Below are positions 1-12,909 of a stretch of DNA of 64,000 nucleotides, one piece after another. The DNA lies in NCBI GenBank assembly GCA_043228905.1, contig JBHGNT010000135.1:1-64000 (forward strand), given 5' to 3'. Origin of the DNA: Azolla caroliniana. Taxonomy: Eukaryota > Plantae > Polypodiophyta. The position numbers and the translations under genes were made by a program. The notes under the pieces were generated by a model, which saw only the letters and a list, made by a program, of their open reading frames with translations, was not told the DNA's origin and ran no database searches. Each line of letters begins with the position of its first letter. Position 1 is the first letter of the stretch.

Positions 1-97
1 TTGCAAATATAGCATTGCGCTTCTTTGATGCTGCCACATTTGCCATATGTATCTAAAAGCATGTTGTTGAATAGGATCTAAAATAATAACTCATAAT

Positions 98-440
98 TGT
101 TGGTAGACAGGTCCCTCCGGATGGGAAGGGAGAAGAACAGTGTCGACGAACCAACTCGGCGAGGCCGAAACGGTATGAACCGGATGAGGAGTACCCGACT
201 GCGGAGAGTCGGATGGTGTAGGCCCGACTGCGGGAAGCCGGATGAGGAGTACCCGACTGCGGAGAGTCGGATGGTGTAGGCCCGACTGCGGAGAGCCGGA
301 TGAAGCCCATCAAGGCTACATTTGTAAATAGCCGAAAAGTCATATTAGTATAAATATGACTTAGGGCAAACCTTTATTGTGAGTGTGTGTGATTATTATT
401 CTTCGTTGTTGGTGCAAGAAGAAATCAGAGCGCGTAACTG

Positions 441-481
<41 letters not shown>

Positions 482-767
482 GAGGTCGTTGCCTCTGTTG
501 TAACCGCCGCCTGTGGCGAAGATCTGTGAGCACGAGGTCGTTGCCTCAGTGATCTCACTATTGTATATTTCTGCATAGTGACAGTTTGCAGCTTGTGGGC
601 TGTCGTGGTTTTTCCCCCTAATTTTTGGGGTTTTCCACGTATACCTCCTGTGCACCATTTCTCTCCTTTTTCTTTCGTGTCGCGTTTTCATTACCTGTTT
701 TTCTGTGCATGTAAAGAATCTCGGTTGTGGCCGAGCGTCGGACATAAGGAACGTCGAGTTCCCAACA
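98..767. mobile_element. Solo-LTR-like element (~670 bp)
   Basis: Begins TGTTGG (98) and ends CCAACA (767), the TG...CA inverted termini of an LTR. GC/CpG-richer than its flanks, with internal tandem repeats, a TATA-like TATAAAT (~349) and a (GA)n tract. No matching TSD (ATAAT vs ATTGC). Confidence 0.6.
180..303. repeat. 58-bp tandem repeat (2 x 29-bp subunits) inside the LTR-like element
   Basis: CCGGATGAGGAGTACCCGACTGCGGAGAGTCGGATGGTGTAGGCCCGACTGCG.. starts at 180 and 238, with a partial third start at 296. Confidence 0.9.
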
Positions 768-1036
768 ATTGCATCTAATTGTCAAAGGCATCTCTCCCAT
801 TCAAAAATTCAATGGTGTACTTTATACACACATGCCCTAATGAGTGTATGTTTAAACACTAAGTGCAAGGTTGAGCTTGTTATTTCAAGATGCCCCTTCA
901 AGCTCAATTGTGTCACGATTCACGAATCATCTGTACAACAAGTTTGGTATACTTTCTTCACTCCCCTCAAGATTGGTAGATCAAATGCACATAATTAACC
1001 TATGTACCTTCCAAAATTGTCCAAATTAGACCATCC

Positions 1037-1437
1037 TTTCCTAACAAACAAGATATTGCAAACAGCTCAAATTCCAAGGGATTTGAGTTCTTTCTTTCCG
1101 TCGGAGGTTGTCAATAAAAATACTCCAATATACTCTACAACAACCTCACTAGATGGGGAATAATGGCTTGTGTATCCCTATTAACCACTTGCCACCAAGA
1201 ACTTACAATATTTGTCTTAGCATACTTTCCTAACAAAGGAGATGTTGCAAACACCTCAAATTCCAAGGTATTTGAGTTCTCTCTTTCTGCCAGAGATTGT
1301 CAATCAAAATACTCCAATATACTCTGCAAATTACAACCACCTCACTAAATGGGGAATAATCATTGACCCAACATATTAGTCTTGCCTATCCCTATTAACC
1401 ACATGCCACAAAAAATTAACGATATTTGTCTTAGCAT
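1037..1437. repeat. Diverged ~190-210 bp tandem duplication
   Basis: TTTCCTAACAAA..CAAATTCCAAGG.ATTTGAGTTCT..ATATTTGTCTTAGCAT occurs twice in tandem (about 1037-1225 and 1226-1437). Confidence 0.85.
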
Positions 1438-4400
1438 GACAGAGTACGTTCTTTCACTATAAAAATGCAGTAACTTGTATCCATCGTTGTTGACCCTCAA
1501 ACATGGCCTTAAGAAAGGCACATTGGCAAGACAAAAATTGATTAGAGAGATATAACTTGGTTGCCCTCACCAAGTTGGTTTGGTATATATATGACTCCAA
1601 AGCTGAGACCATAGGCATCATAATTTATTAAACTGCTCACACACACATAGATACTCCATTTAATCTATTTCACTCCATAAGAGCTCCCTCATTGAGTTTT
1701 ATACTCAACTTTTGAATTTTGAAAACACTTTTTATAAATTGACATTACAAGAACCTTGGAAAGTGCAAATTTACAAGAACTTTGGAAAGTGCTCTAGACA
1801 AATAATAGTTATAATAACATACAATAAAGTCACATGATCAAGTGGCATTGTGGATGTAAGTCATGTGTATCGTAGTCAATGACTTTTATATGACCAAGAC
1901 ATCAAACTTCTTGTTATTCCACCTTTGGATGGTTTTAAAAGGTCCACAAGTTACAAAAGAGACATGCTGACAAGTTGACAACTATGTAACTACAACATTT
2001 TTAAAGACGATAGTCCATAATGGTGAGAATGAAAGAATAGTGTGATGTAAACGAGAACATCTTTTTGAATTGGGAAGGATTTCACAAAGAAATGCAAGCA
2101 TTTCCTAGAAAATATTAGAAAGATTGTACACAAAGTCAACACAAACATATAAAAAGTTTTAGTTAGACATTGTTTTCTCATCTATCATGTAATGGCATTA
2201 TCCATGTAGATGTAAAGTTTTTCATGAAATCTTGCAAACATAATGCAAGTTTACTTTCTAATTTTCATCGTTGAAATTTCTCTAGGATCCAATTACACAA
2301 GCACTAACAAGGATGAGTCCTTAACCCGTGTAGGCCTACCATATGTAATTAAGATTAGCAAGAAGTCATACATGAATTCCCACCAAACCATTCAACGTAC
2401 AATCACACCTATACCTTGATGGGAATTTTTAAAGGCAAATTTTTAGGAGGAAATTGTGATGGCACATTATCACAAATTAGATTCACAAAGGCCAAACCTT
2501 GTGGAGATATTGAAACAATGATGTAGACAGGTCTTCTCCAACCAAACCGTGCATCAAGAAATGTTAATGCAAGAGATATGGAGTGAAGTTGTAGCCACTC
2601 TAAAGAGCCAATATGATGGCCTCATCGGCTAGCCTTCATCCGACAATGGTCGTCCTCTCCCTTTCTTGAGTTAGTGAGCATCTAAATAAGATGGAACTAT
2701 CGCGTTTTTTATATAACACTCTCATACGTAAAATTTTATTGATGCTTTCAATTAAATCTAGACATCAAAACGATACCTATAATCATCACAAAAGCAACAT
2801 TAATGCATGGACAATACAATCACATAGATGTCTTTCAATGTCACCACTCACAATACACCCACTTGATTGGAATCTCCAAGTCTCTCCATCACTTTAATTC
2901 GACAAAACTGTCCATTATTTAAATAAAATAATTTTCATCTTCATTGTTTGCTGGATTGGCTTAAATCGTTATTTAAGCAATGTTTACTACTCGATTGGTG
3001 GATGCCTACAACTTGAATAAACTTTACATTTGTACACAGTGAAATGAGGCTCAATCCAGTATCTTATGCAATTCACTATGTAGTTTATAGATAAACAAGA
3101 AAGGCAATTGTCGATATTCTCAACGAGAGATAAATCGAAGAATGCACTCTACCAAAACTAAAAGTTTGAGTCCATTTGAAGTTTGGTCTAAGATTCTCGA
3201 AAACTTTGCCTATTATGATTACATTGGATCAAGCACATTTGTAGTTTTTTCGAAATAGATTTCTTCAAAACATTTCCCTACGCAAATGGTTAAAGATGAT
3301 ACCATTACCTTCTTGAGGTTCAAAATGACACCATTACTTGTGACACTTCGCATGTATCATTGGAGACATCTGACATTTGAGTTTTTCATTTTCTTTAAGA
3401 ACTTTTTACTTAGTTGTATTGGTTGATGAGAATTTTAAGAAGTAATCCTAAATTTTATTAACATTTACTTCAAACTATCACCAACAACTACACCTAGTAA
3501 CTTGAACCATGAGCTTTCCTTTAATTTCCATCAAATAAATGTACATAGCAACAATGGGTTTTGTAGGTTCCTAACAATTATAACAAAGACACGTGTGTGG
3601 ATGTAGAATTGATACTCACTTTGCACAAGTAATTTTGTGTACATTGATGACCATGTGGCACGTGTAATCTAGAATCAGATCAAAATTTATGGTTCTAGCC
3701 TTCTAGGTAAACATAGACTTGAATCTAATAAACTAGATTCAGGCCGAGTTTTCATGAAATAGTTACGAAAGACAAAAAAACAAAACATCATCCTCGTGGT
3801 AAACGGGTTAGTTATTTCATGAACTTTGCATGCTTGCTAGAAAAATGTTGGTAATTTCATATGTTCACATAAATTATGGCATAATACTTTATGCTAATTA
3901 AATTTGATAATGGAAATTGAAAAGAAATCAACCAAAACAAGTAAATCCACTTGTTTTTATGCATGAAATATATAAATTTGTCTAATGTTCACTTAATATG
4001 ATGTATTTCCCATTAATGGAAAGACACATGGACATGCTTAAAGGCAATATTGATGACAACAACAGCGGAACAATTCTTGCTGAAAATATTGAGTTCTTAA
4101 CTAATTACAAAACACCCTTCTCTACATTGTTATCAAGGTGGGTCTTGTTGAAGAAATTCCATCAAAATCGTGCGGCATGCAACCTAAGGCTACCTATCCT
4201 ACTCCCATTGATAGTCCTCTTATATAAAGTTAGTGCTCAATAAATCTTATAAGATAGGTGACATATAAAAAAGTACCTCTCTCTCCCTTTCTTTTTGTAA
4301 TTAGCTTACCTTAGTGGTAAGTTGTTACACAACAACTACGTCTTGGGTTCAAAACCCAATTTTCTCACCTCTATTATATACTTCATACATATCGTAATTC

Positions 4401-4460
4401 ACGAAAAGCCATTGTGGAATGTAGGGGTTGAACCCATGACCTATTGGTCTCCATTAGGCA

Positions 4461-4521
<61 letters not shown>

Positions 4522-4629
4522 ATGTATATCGTGAAATGTAATATTTTTTGTCTCATAGGTCATATTTGACCTCTAAAGACAATAATAGAATCTATCTATC
4601 TATCTATCTATCTCTTAATAGTTATTATA

Positions 4630-5632
4630 TGCTTGAGAATCAGTGCAACTAAAGTGATACTCAAGGATGGGAAACGAGATTGATGTTTTTCAATGCAAGG
4701 TAGTCCAAAAGTGTTGCTTTGATGGAGTGGAGGTATGGGGCTACACTATTTCACTTAGTGCATGCACTGAAATAGGGAAAATCCAAAAAAATCTTACCAA
4801 CCATAGAGGTGTTTTTTTTTTCTCCAAAAACAACCATAGAGGTGTTTGCCATTGAAAGAGTATATATGTAAGTACATCATAAAGGTCAAGAGTTGCCCGA
4901 TCACATAATCCCAAAACAAGCTTGGAACATAAGATGCAAGGTATGAAAAACTAATAAGCAAAATCTTCTCATATAGCTAGATGCTTGACATTATGAAATG
5001 GTTTAAAAGACATGGAGTAAAATATATATTGGATCTCTTGGGTGATGCTATGTAGTATGAAGTATGTCATTATCAAGGTAAGGTTACTAGAAGCAGAAAG
5101 GACTGAAGTGGCAAGATACTAAAATGTTAAAATTGAAAATTTACATTGCAAACATAAACCCCCATTATTGGCCCCAATACAAGTTAAAATGTCAAAACAT
5201 ATCTAACCACATCTTACTATTCCCATGAGCCTTAACATTTCATAGAACGTGCTCACATAAGCTAGACGTTGCAGTAGCATAAGGACATCGTCGCGTCGCC
5301 TGGTATGAAGATATGCAATGTATGCAATGAAACCCTACTGGAGGAGGGATATCTCTTATACTCAGATCCCCAACGTATAAGGTAGTTCACGAGAGGTATG
5401 ATGACTTGTCAAACGAGCATGATAATTTAAGTTTCTTGCATGCTCAATGTATAAGGTAGTTCACGAGAGGTATGACGACTTGTCAAACGAGCATGATAAT
5501 TTAAGTTTCATACTCAAATCCCCAACATGAAGGATCAGCACATGTATGCGTGCATTATTTTCACATAAGAGAGTTTTCACTCAACCCCCTTTGCTACAAT
5601 AGACCTCTTCATGGATGTTAAAAAATCTATTC

Positions 5633-5640
<8 letters not shown>
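4630..5640 (+). mobile_element. Degraded non-LTR retrotransposon 3' fragment (RTE/CR1-group-like)
   Basis: Relic peptides DGVEVWGYTISLSACTEIGKIQK (post-RT YGxEVWG motif), RTCSHKLDVA and ICNVCNE (C-terminal Zn knuckle). Ends in GACCTCTTCATGGATG followed by a (CT)n/(AT)n tail. Internal ~60-bp duplication at 5375-5510. Boundaries approximate. Confidence 0.6.
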
Positions 5641-5702
<62 letters not shown>

Positions 5703-7448
5703 GATAGATAGATATAGATTGTTTTTTCATGGATAAACCTATCATGATATTAGGCGGCATGCCATGGTTTTATTCATTGTCAGGCCTTGTGTTAAAGGCA
5801 TTTATTCCCTCCCCCTATTCACAAATTACAAACCCTAAGTGTCTTCTCTCATTTGAGAAAATTCAAATCCCCCCCATCAATAATTTTGAATATCCCGCTC
5901 TACAAATTCGGATTTCACTGTCTCGATATTTTCAAATCTCCCATTCGCAACATTGACCAATTTAATTCTCTTTATACAATGAGAATTTGTCACTAAGAAA
6001 GCAAATGAGCATTTTAGCAATCAAGCCAACACCTCTCTAGAATAAGAATTCAACATTAATTTGATACACTAATATGGCATATGATACATAATGAAGATAT
6101 GTAAAAATAATGGTTGAACCCCAACCTTGCATTAATACTCTAATGTAGTTTAAACTTTACCACTAGAATGAACTTAGTGCAAAAGCAAACACAACTTTTC
6201 TTTAAAGAAGTTTTACTTTACAAGATAGTGGTGGCTTAGGCACCCTGCTGCCAATCCTTCCATGTATTGCGTGCATTATATTATTTTCTATTGCATTATA
6301 AGTTATTTACAAGGTTTTCAAATTTCCTTCGAGCACATGGTTCTAAATCAAAGCATAACGCCACAATTCTAAAGGATGAGGACATTGTCAATTAAATACA
6401 TTCCCTTGGGACATGAAGGGCATGTAACAATAGCTATTATGGAAGATTTATGAAGTCTCTAATAATAAATAGAGTGAAGGCAACAATTAGAACACAAACC
6501 AAGTGAGTGGGATTTTGTATAAAGATATTTGTAAACATACAACTCATTCTCGAGTTTGATGTGCATTGAAGTATGAAAATCTAGGTGTGGGCAACTTTTA
6601 CCGAATCAACACATCACAATTGATGAACAAAAAGGAAGCAAGCGTTCCGTATCCAATTAGAAAAATCTCACAACTCACCTCGTTGAAACTTTGGGAGAAG
6701 TTGTTGATCCTCCCTTGCAATGATACAAAGCTCATGTGTATTTCCAATTATATTTATACCATGCGAACAATAATGGCATTGTCTATGAATGATATCATGG
6801 TTTGACCATGAACGATGTGCAAGAAGTTTGGAAAACAAATGAGTGAAAATGGCTAAAGGATCACGTTTATTTATTCTTGAAAACGATGGTTAAATGTTCC
6901 TTCCTACATTCTAAAGCAATTTGATCTTGCAAGTTAAACCATGGAACAATGGTTGGATGAATAATTAATTTTTGCCCCCCATATCATTTGTCATAATATG
7001 GACAAAAATAGTCAATCATGGAACGTCGGCTCACAAATCGCGGTTCCTTAAACCAATTGATGATGTCTTTTGCGAATATTTCCATCTATTAACTCTCATT
7101 GTTTGATTAAAAGTTATCAAAATTATTGCGGCAGCTATAGATTATAGGTTTTTTGCAACATGTTGGTTTAGGGTTTGCCCACTAATCCCAAGATACTCAT
7201 TACATCTTAAGCCTTCCATCCATTGTCATTATAAAATTCCATTCTTCATTATTTTGTCTTTCTACTAAAAATTTATACAATTGCTACCCTTGAGTATGTG
7301 TTCAAGATTTGGAGCAGATAAGGTTTGAAAAGTGTAACTATGGAACAAGTGGGATGGAGTTGAAGGATACACACAAAAACATATTTTCTAAACATAAGTT
7401 TCTTTGCATGTTTAATTGCTTTCTAACAACATCATTTTTCGAAAATGT

Positions 7449-7752
7449 AAACATAATGGAAACGGCAGAGGAGCCAAAGAGCCTATAGAAGAAAACTCGA
7501 CCAAAAATCATTACCATGAAGAATTATGAAAGGAACTTTGAAAGTGTTGCACAATGGCATGCTTTGAAGGTTAATAATGGGCATGATGAACAAAGGCTTA
7601 AACATAATGGAAAAGGTGGAGAGCCAAAGAGTCTAGGAGAAGAAAACTCAACCAAAAACCATTGCCATGAAGAATTATGAAAGGAAATTCAAAGTGTTGC
7701 GCAATGGCATGCTTTGAAGGTTAATAGTGATGGGCATGATGGACAAAGGCTT
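7449..7752. repeat. ~150-bp tandem duplication
   Basis: AAACATAATGGAAA..GAGCCAAAGAG..GAAGAATTATGAAAGGAA..GCATGCTTTGAAGGTTAATA..ACAAAGGCTT occurs twice. Confidence 0.85.
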
Positions 7753-8678
7753 AGCTTTAAAGCAAGTTATATTTTTGACTTTACTGTATATCACCAACTT
7801 TACTTCAAACAAGTTAACTTTAGTCTCATATTCACATTGACCTAAATTATATGACACAGGGCTTGTGTTTTCATTAACTTTATTTCCCTGGCATTCTCTT
7901 CAATATCCATGACTCACACAAAGCAAACCACTCATAAACTTCCTATGACGTGTTTAGATTGTGTCCCATGATTCTTCAAATCCAATCTAATATATCCACA
8001 CAATAGCGAACCATTTTTGTTACCTTCTAATCCACTATAAACACCGTTCAAAAAGTGTACAGCTCCTATGAGTGTAACCTACCAATGCAAGTTTTAATAC
8101 TCCTAGCTAGGTTCCTATATGAGGAGACAACAAGATCAATATTGGATATTGGTTTGGTTCCAACTTAAACACTTGAAAGGATCTTAATGTGTACAATCAC
8201 ATTGTGATTATAAGATAGGCTAAGGTGAACATGCATAGCCACGACTACACAGGGACAACATGGGCCAACAAGAAGGTTAGGGAAAGACATGACTACTGAA
8301 GCAATCAATTCAACAACAATGGTAGGGTTCCATTCAATGGCAATATTTTGATAATAGTTGCACAATCTCTACAGAAAACATAGCATTGTAGCTGATGTGC
8401 CTTTTTTAAAACTAATGGAAGGATATTTTGTTTAAAACAAAAAAAAGTACATCAACCCCTCACACCACCCTATCCAAAATAGTCATATAACCTCAATTGC
8501 ACATAAGGACAATGGGAAGGTTCATGGTATGATCCCTTAGGTAATCTAAGTGTTGAGGAGGGCTCATACATTGATATGCCTGGCTAACCCCATCCAAACG
8601 GCAATCACATGAACTCTATTTCTCACTCACTTGAAATATATAATAGGAATACAATAATCTGTTGGAAATGAAGCATTC

Positions 8679-9400
8679 CCGGCATACCACAATGCAAGAA
8701 CACTTAGAGATAGACATGCATTTGTAATAAAGAAATAGGCATGAGCAGCAGAAGCAAGACATTTTATCAGTGCAGCACATTGCCATGCACCATTGCTTAC
8801 CAATGACATCCTATTATTTTAAAAACCAAAAAGTAACACTATGTCGTAGAAGCATCATCTGTTACAAGTTGCTTTTTGAGCCTCCAACGGGTACGTTATT
8901 GGTTTGGATATATGTCACATGTTTGCACAAGGGACTGATGTAGTTGCATCTTGGTCTTATCGAAGCAAGAACTGAATAAAGAGTTCCGCCATAAATTCGC
9001 TTTCCAAAGGCTCAAAAAGATGTTAACATCTCCGGCATACCACAATGCAAGAACACTTAGAGATAGACATGCATTTGTAATAAAGAAATAGGCATGAGCA
9101 GCAGAAGCAAGACATTTTATCAGTGCAGCACATTGCCATGCACCATTGCTTACCAATGACATCCTATTATTTTAAAAACCAAAAAGTAACACTAGTTACT
9201 TTTATGTCGTAGAAGCATCATCTGTTACAAGTTGCTTTTTGAGCCTCCAACGGGTACGTTATTGGTTTGGATATATGTCACATGTTTGCACAAGGGACTG
9301 ATGTAGTTGCATCTTGGTCTTATCGAAGCAAGAACTGAATAAAGAGTTCCGCCATAAATTCGCTTTCCAAAGGCTCAAAAAGATGTTAACATCTCCGGCA
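8679..9400. repeat. Near-perfect 353/363-bp tandem duplication
   Basis: CCGGCATACCACAATGCAAG.. starts at 8679 and 9032, with a CCGGCA junction at 9395. The copies appear identical apart from a 10-bp indel, and the ORF track shows the same spurious peptide twice. Confidence 0.95.
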
Positions 9401-9951
9401 ATAAAGCCTACCAAAGAAAGAGATTGTAAAGCGAACGTTTCTCCTTAAAAGCATGTCTTTGCGAAAAAGAGTTTCTCACAACCGAAGGTTCGATGAGTAT
9501 AGAATGACATCGTCTTTTTTTATGGCAATCATCAATCTGAACAAGATTCATTCCAAAAACTACGTATTTTCATCCTTGTGCAATAAATAGCTTTACAATT
9601 ACCCTTTTTGGGAGATTGTCTTTCTTAGAGGCAAAATAGCCAAGCAAGTGCATTATCAACAAATTACACAATTTAAGGATGTGTACCATGCAACCAAATC
9701 TTTCATTATCAAGGTTAGAATAGAAATCACAATCTAAGTTTTACATGATGGGGAAGAGAGTACATGTTAAAAAGCAAAAAGCAAAAGCAATAAAAAATTT
9801 GAAGTGAGTAGGGAGGGGGGGAAGGAAGTAGGCTTGTATAAGATATAAGAATATAAATTAGAGACAAAACCACCACACCAAGCCATAAAAGAGGGCATTA
9901 AGGCAAGACAAGAGGTAGTGGAGAAAAGACCATAAATAAATGATGAAGTCT

Positions 9952-12806
9952 CTACTTACTAGATGGAGAAGAGTGATCAATGGCTTCTTCAACAAAGGTA
10001 GAGGTAGTGGTAGTGGTAGTAGGATGATGATGATGATAAGCTTGAATGGTAGGCTCATTCGGAGGGGTAGAAGAGACCATAGTTGCGGAGGAAAGCGGGG
10101 GCGGGGGATCGGGCGAAGAAGAAGAAGTAGTATAAGTCATGGAGCCACTGTCCTCGTAGTCAGGGAGGATGGGGGTGGGACGCACCTCGAGTATCATCCT
10201 CGAGACCTCGGCCATCGTGGGTCTTTGCTCTGGCACGGGCGCAACACACGCCAACGCTATTTGTAGCAGCTGGACCATCTCTTCCTCGATGCCCTCGAAC
10301 TTCATGAGCTCACGGTCAAACACCTCCGATGTCCACTCCTCGCGGACCACCGACTGTACCCATTTCGGCAAGTCCATGCCTTGCTGGGCGGACGTTTGGG
10401 CGGGCGCTTGGGCAGTCAGCATCTCGAGGAGCATGACTCCGAATGCGTAGACATCAGCCTTTTGAGACATCCTCCGCGTGTGAGCCACCTCCGGGGCTCT
10501 GTATCCGATGGCCATCCGAGACGCGATGCCCGCGGCATTTTGAGCGGCCGACCAGAAGAGGGGCGCAAGGCTGTAGTCCGAAATGCATGCCCCGTGATCC
10601 TTGTGTAGGAGCACATTGGACGGTTTCACATCTCCGTGTACACTCTTTGGCCCCTTGGAATGAATGTACTCTAGCCCCTTTGCTGCCCCTGCCGCAATCT
10701 TTAGCCTCGTATCCCAGTCTAATGCCGGCTCACCTGTTGTCTTCCGCCCTACAAAATTTCATTTTCCATGCCATGTCATGCCTGATACAACAAAAAAAGC
10801 ACAAGCAATCCTACAGAAAACAATGTGTTATTTTAAAGTTAGGGTTTAGGGTTTAGACCAATTGAGTGCAAACATTACATACAATGTGACAAATAATGGT
10901 GCCTATTGCCTGTAAATTGAATACAATGCAGTTGTTATGAAACATCAATTGTTTGCAAATGAAATGCAGATCAAGTACATTATGAAACAATCAATCAAAA
11001 AATACAAGCTGTAAAAGGTGTGCACCACATGGTGGCCATTGTAAAAACGATGAAATAAAGAAGATCTGTACGGACTAACATGTCACATCCCGTCCATATG
11101 GTAGTGATGAACCATATTACGCTGTGGATTAGGCATACATTCCATTTTTTCTATGGTTGAAGATTGTAAAACATGTTTCATTTGTTCTGATTCATGAAGA
11201 TTTATTTGATGCAAAACATGACATTCATCCAAGACTGTGTCTCATTTGAAAAATAGCAACAGGGTAATGCAGCATACATACTAGATAGAAAGTCGCAGAA
11301 TGAGACAGAGAGAGAGAGAGAGAAGAGTAAGGTACCATGGATGGCAAGTGAAAGGCTACCAAGAGGCATGTAGTCATGGACGAGGAGCTTCTCTTCCTTG
11401 GAGTAATAATAAGCTCTGATGGGGACGAGGTTCCTGTGCTGGTGAGGGTGATGGTGATGGCGATGATCATGATCATGATCATGATGGGGAGATGCCGTGT
11501 TGGTGGGAGGGGCGGCCATGATCACGTCCATGTGGTGCTCGAACTCGCGACGTCCCACAGAAGCATCCTTGAGCCTCTTCACAACTACAGTAGGGCCTTC
11601 CTCCAGCACAGCCTTGTAGGAGGTCCCGAATGTCCCCTTCCCCAGCACCTCTGCAGATGCCCTCAGCAAATCCTCCAGATCGAACCTCACCTTCCCGCCA
11701 TGGAAGAACACCAATTTGTTCTGCTCCGTCTGCTCTTGCGCGGAGCTGTAGTAGTAGCTGTTATCCTCCCCATCCTTCCCATCGCCATCGCCATCGCCAT
11801 CCCCACGCTTTCCTCTCTTCTCTGACATGCCTTTCTTCTTCTTCTTCTTCTCCCCCTGATCTTGATGGCGATGAGCCCATATCAAGTAACAACCTGTTGT
11901 GAGGCACAACAGTGCGGCCGCTGCCCCTCCTGATGCGATCAGAACTATGGCTAGCTTGCTCAAGTGGGCTCGTCTCTGCTTCTTCTCGTTCTGTGCTTCC
12001 GTGGTAGGGATTACAGATGGAGCAGAAGGAGAAGATGAGTTGCTGCTGCATTGTGCTGTTCCTTGCAATGGCGTCCCACACAAGTCCACATTCCCAACGA
12101 AAGATGAAGCAGAGAAAGCTCGGAGTGAAGACGGGATGCTACCACTAAGCCTGTTGAAAGAAACATTGAACTGAGAGAGAGAAGGGGAAAGGGGAGGGAT
12201 GGAGCCAGAGAGGGAGTTGTTCTGCAGGAAGAGGGACTTAAGACGCGCGAGGTTGGAGAAGGAAGGAGGAATGGATCCATCGAACTGGTTGAAGGAGAGA
12301 TCGATGACAGTTAAGGAGGGAGTGGAGAAGGCAGGGATGTGTCCATGGAATGCATTCCTGTGAAGGGCGAGCTTCTTGAGCTTGGAGCAGCTGAGGATAT
12401 CTGCAGGGATGGTTCCGGTGAGGCGATTGGACCTGAGGCTGAGGGTCTGCAGGGATGGGAGGAGGCCGAAGGATTGGGATGGGATGCTCCCCACCAGTCC
12501 CCTCCCTGGTAGAGTTACAGACACCACCGTCTGTCCCACATCTGCAGAGGTGGAGGTGGAGCATTGGACACCCACCCAGTTGCAGGCGCTCGTCGTGTTG
12601 GTCCAATTCAGTGATTTTGCAGACGATGGCAATGGACTCTGCAGGTTGTGGAAGAACCTGAGCAGCGCTTCCGATTCGCTCTGCAGGTCTGCGTTGGCGA
12701 CATGGAGATGTGAAGAAAGCAGCTGGAGAAGGAGGAGATGATGGATAATGAAGAAGAACAACAACAACAAGGCATGGTGGTGGTGGTGATGGTAGAGCCT
12801 CATCAT
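9952..12806 (-). CDS. LRR receptor-like kinase, LRR-III (RLK902/At5g58300-like atypical kinase); exons 12806-11336 and 10748-9952, ~755 aa
   Basis: Signal peptide, LRRNT (CNWVGVQC), plant LRRs (LxxLxLxxNxLxGxIP), GNVDLCG cap and TM helix. Hallmarks [61 protein letters not shown] and [16 protein letters not shown]. Phase-1 intron CATG|GTACC...TTTGTAG|GG joins in frame (2268 nt). Confidence 0.95.
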
Positions 12807-12869
12807 GGATGGAGACTGAAGAAGAGAGACAGGGAATGGAGAAGAAAGAAAGATGGAGGGGGCAGAGAC

Positions 12870-12872
12870 AGA

Positions 12873-12909
<37 letters not shown>

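Noticed and set aside
3739-3836. Small inverted repeat (TTCATGAAATA..TATTTCATGAA) as a MITE
   Set aside because: No convincing TSD or second copy.
8627-9162. Duplicated small ORF MSLVSNGAWQCAAL.. as a peptide gene pair
   Set aside because: A by-product of the DNA tandem duplication, with no independent coding evidence.
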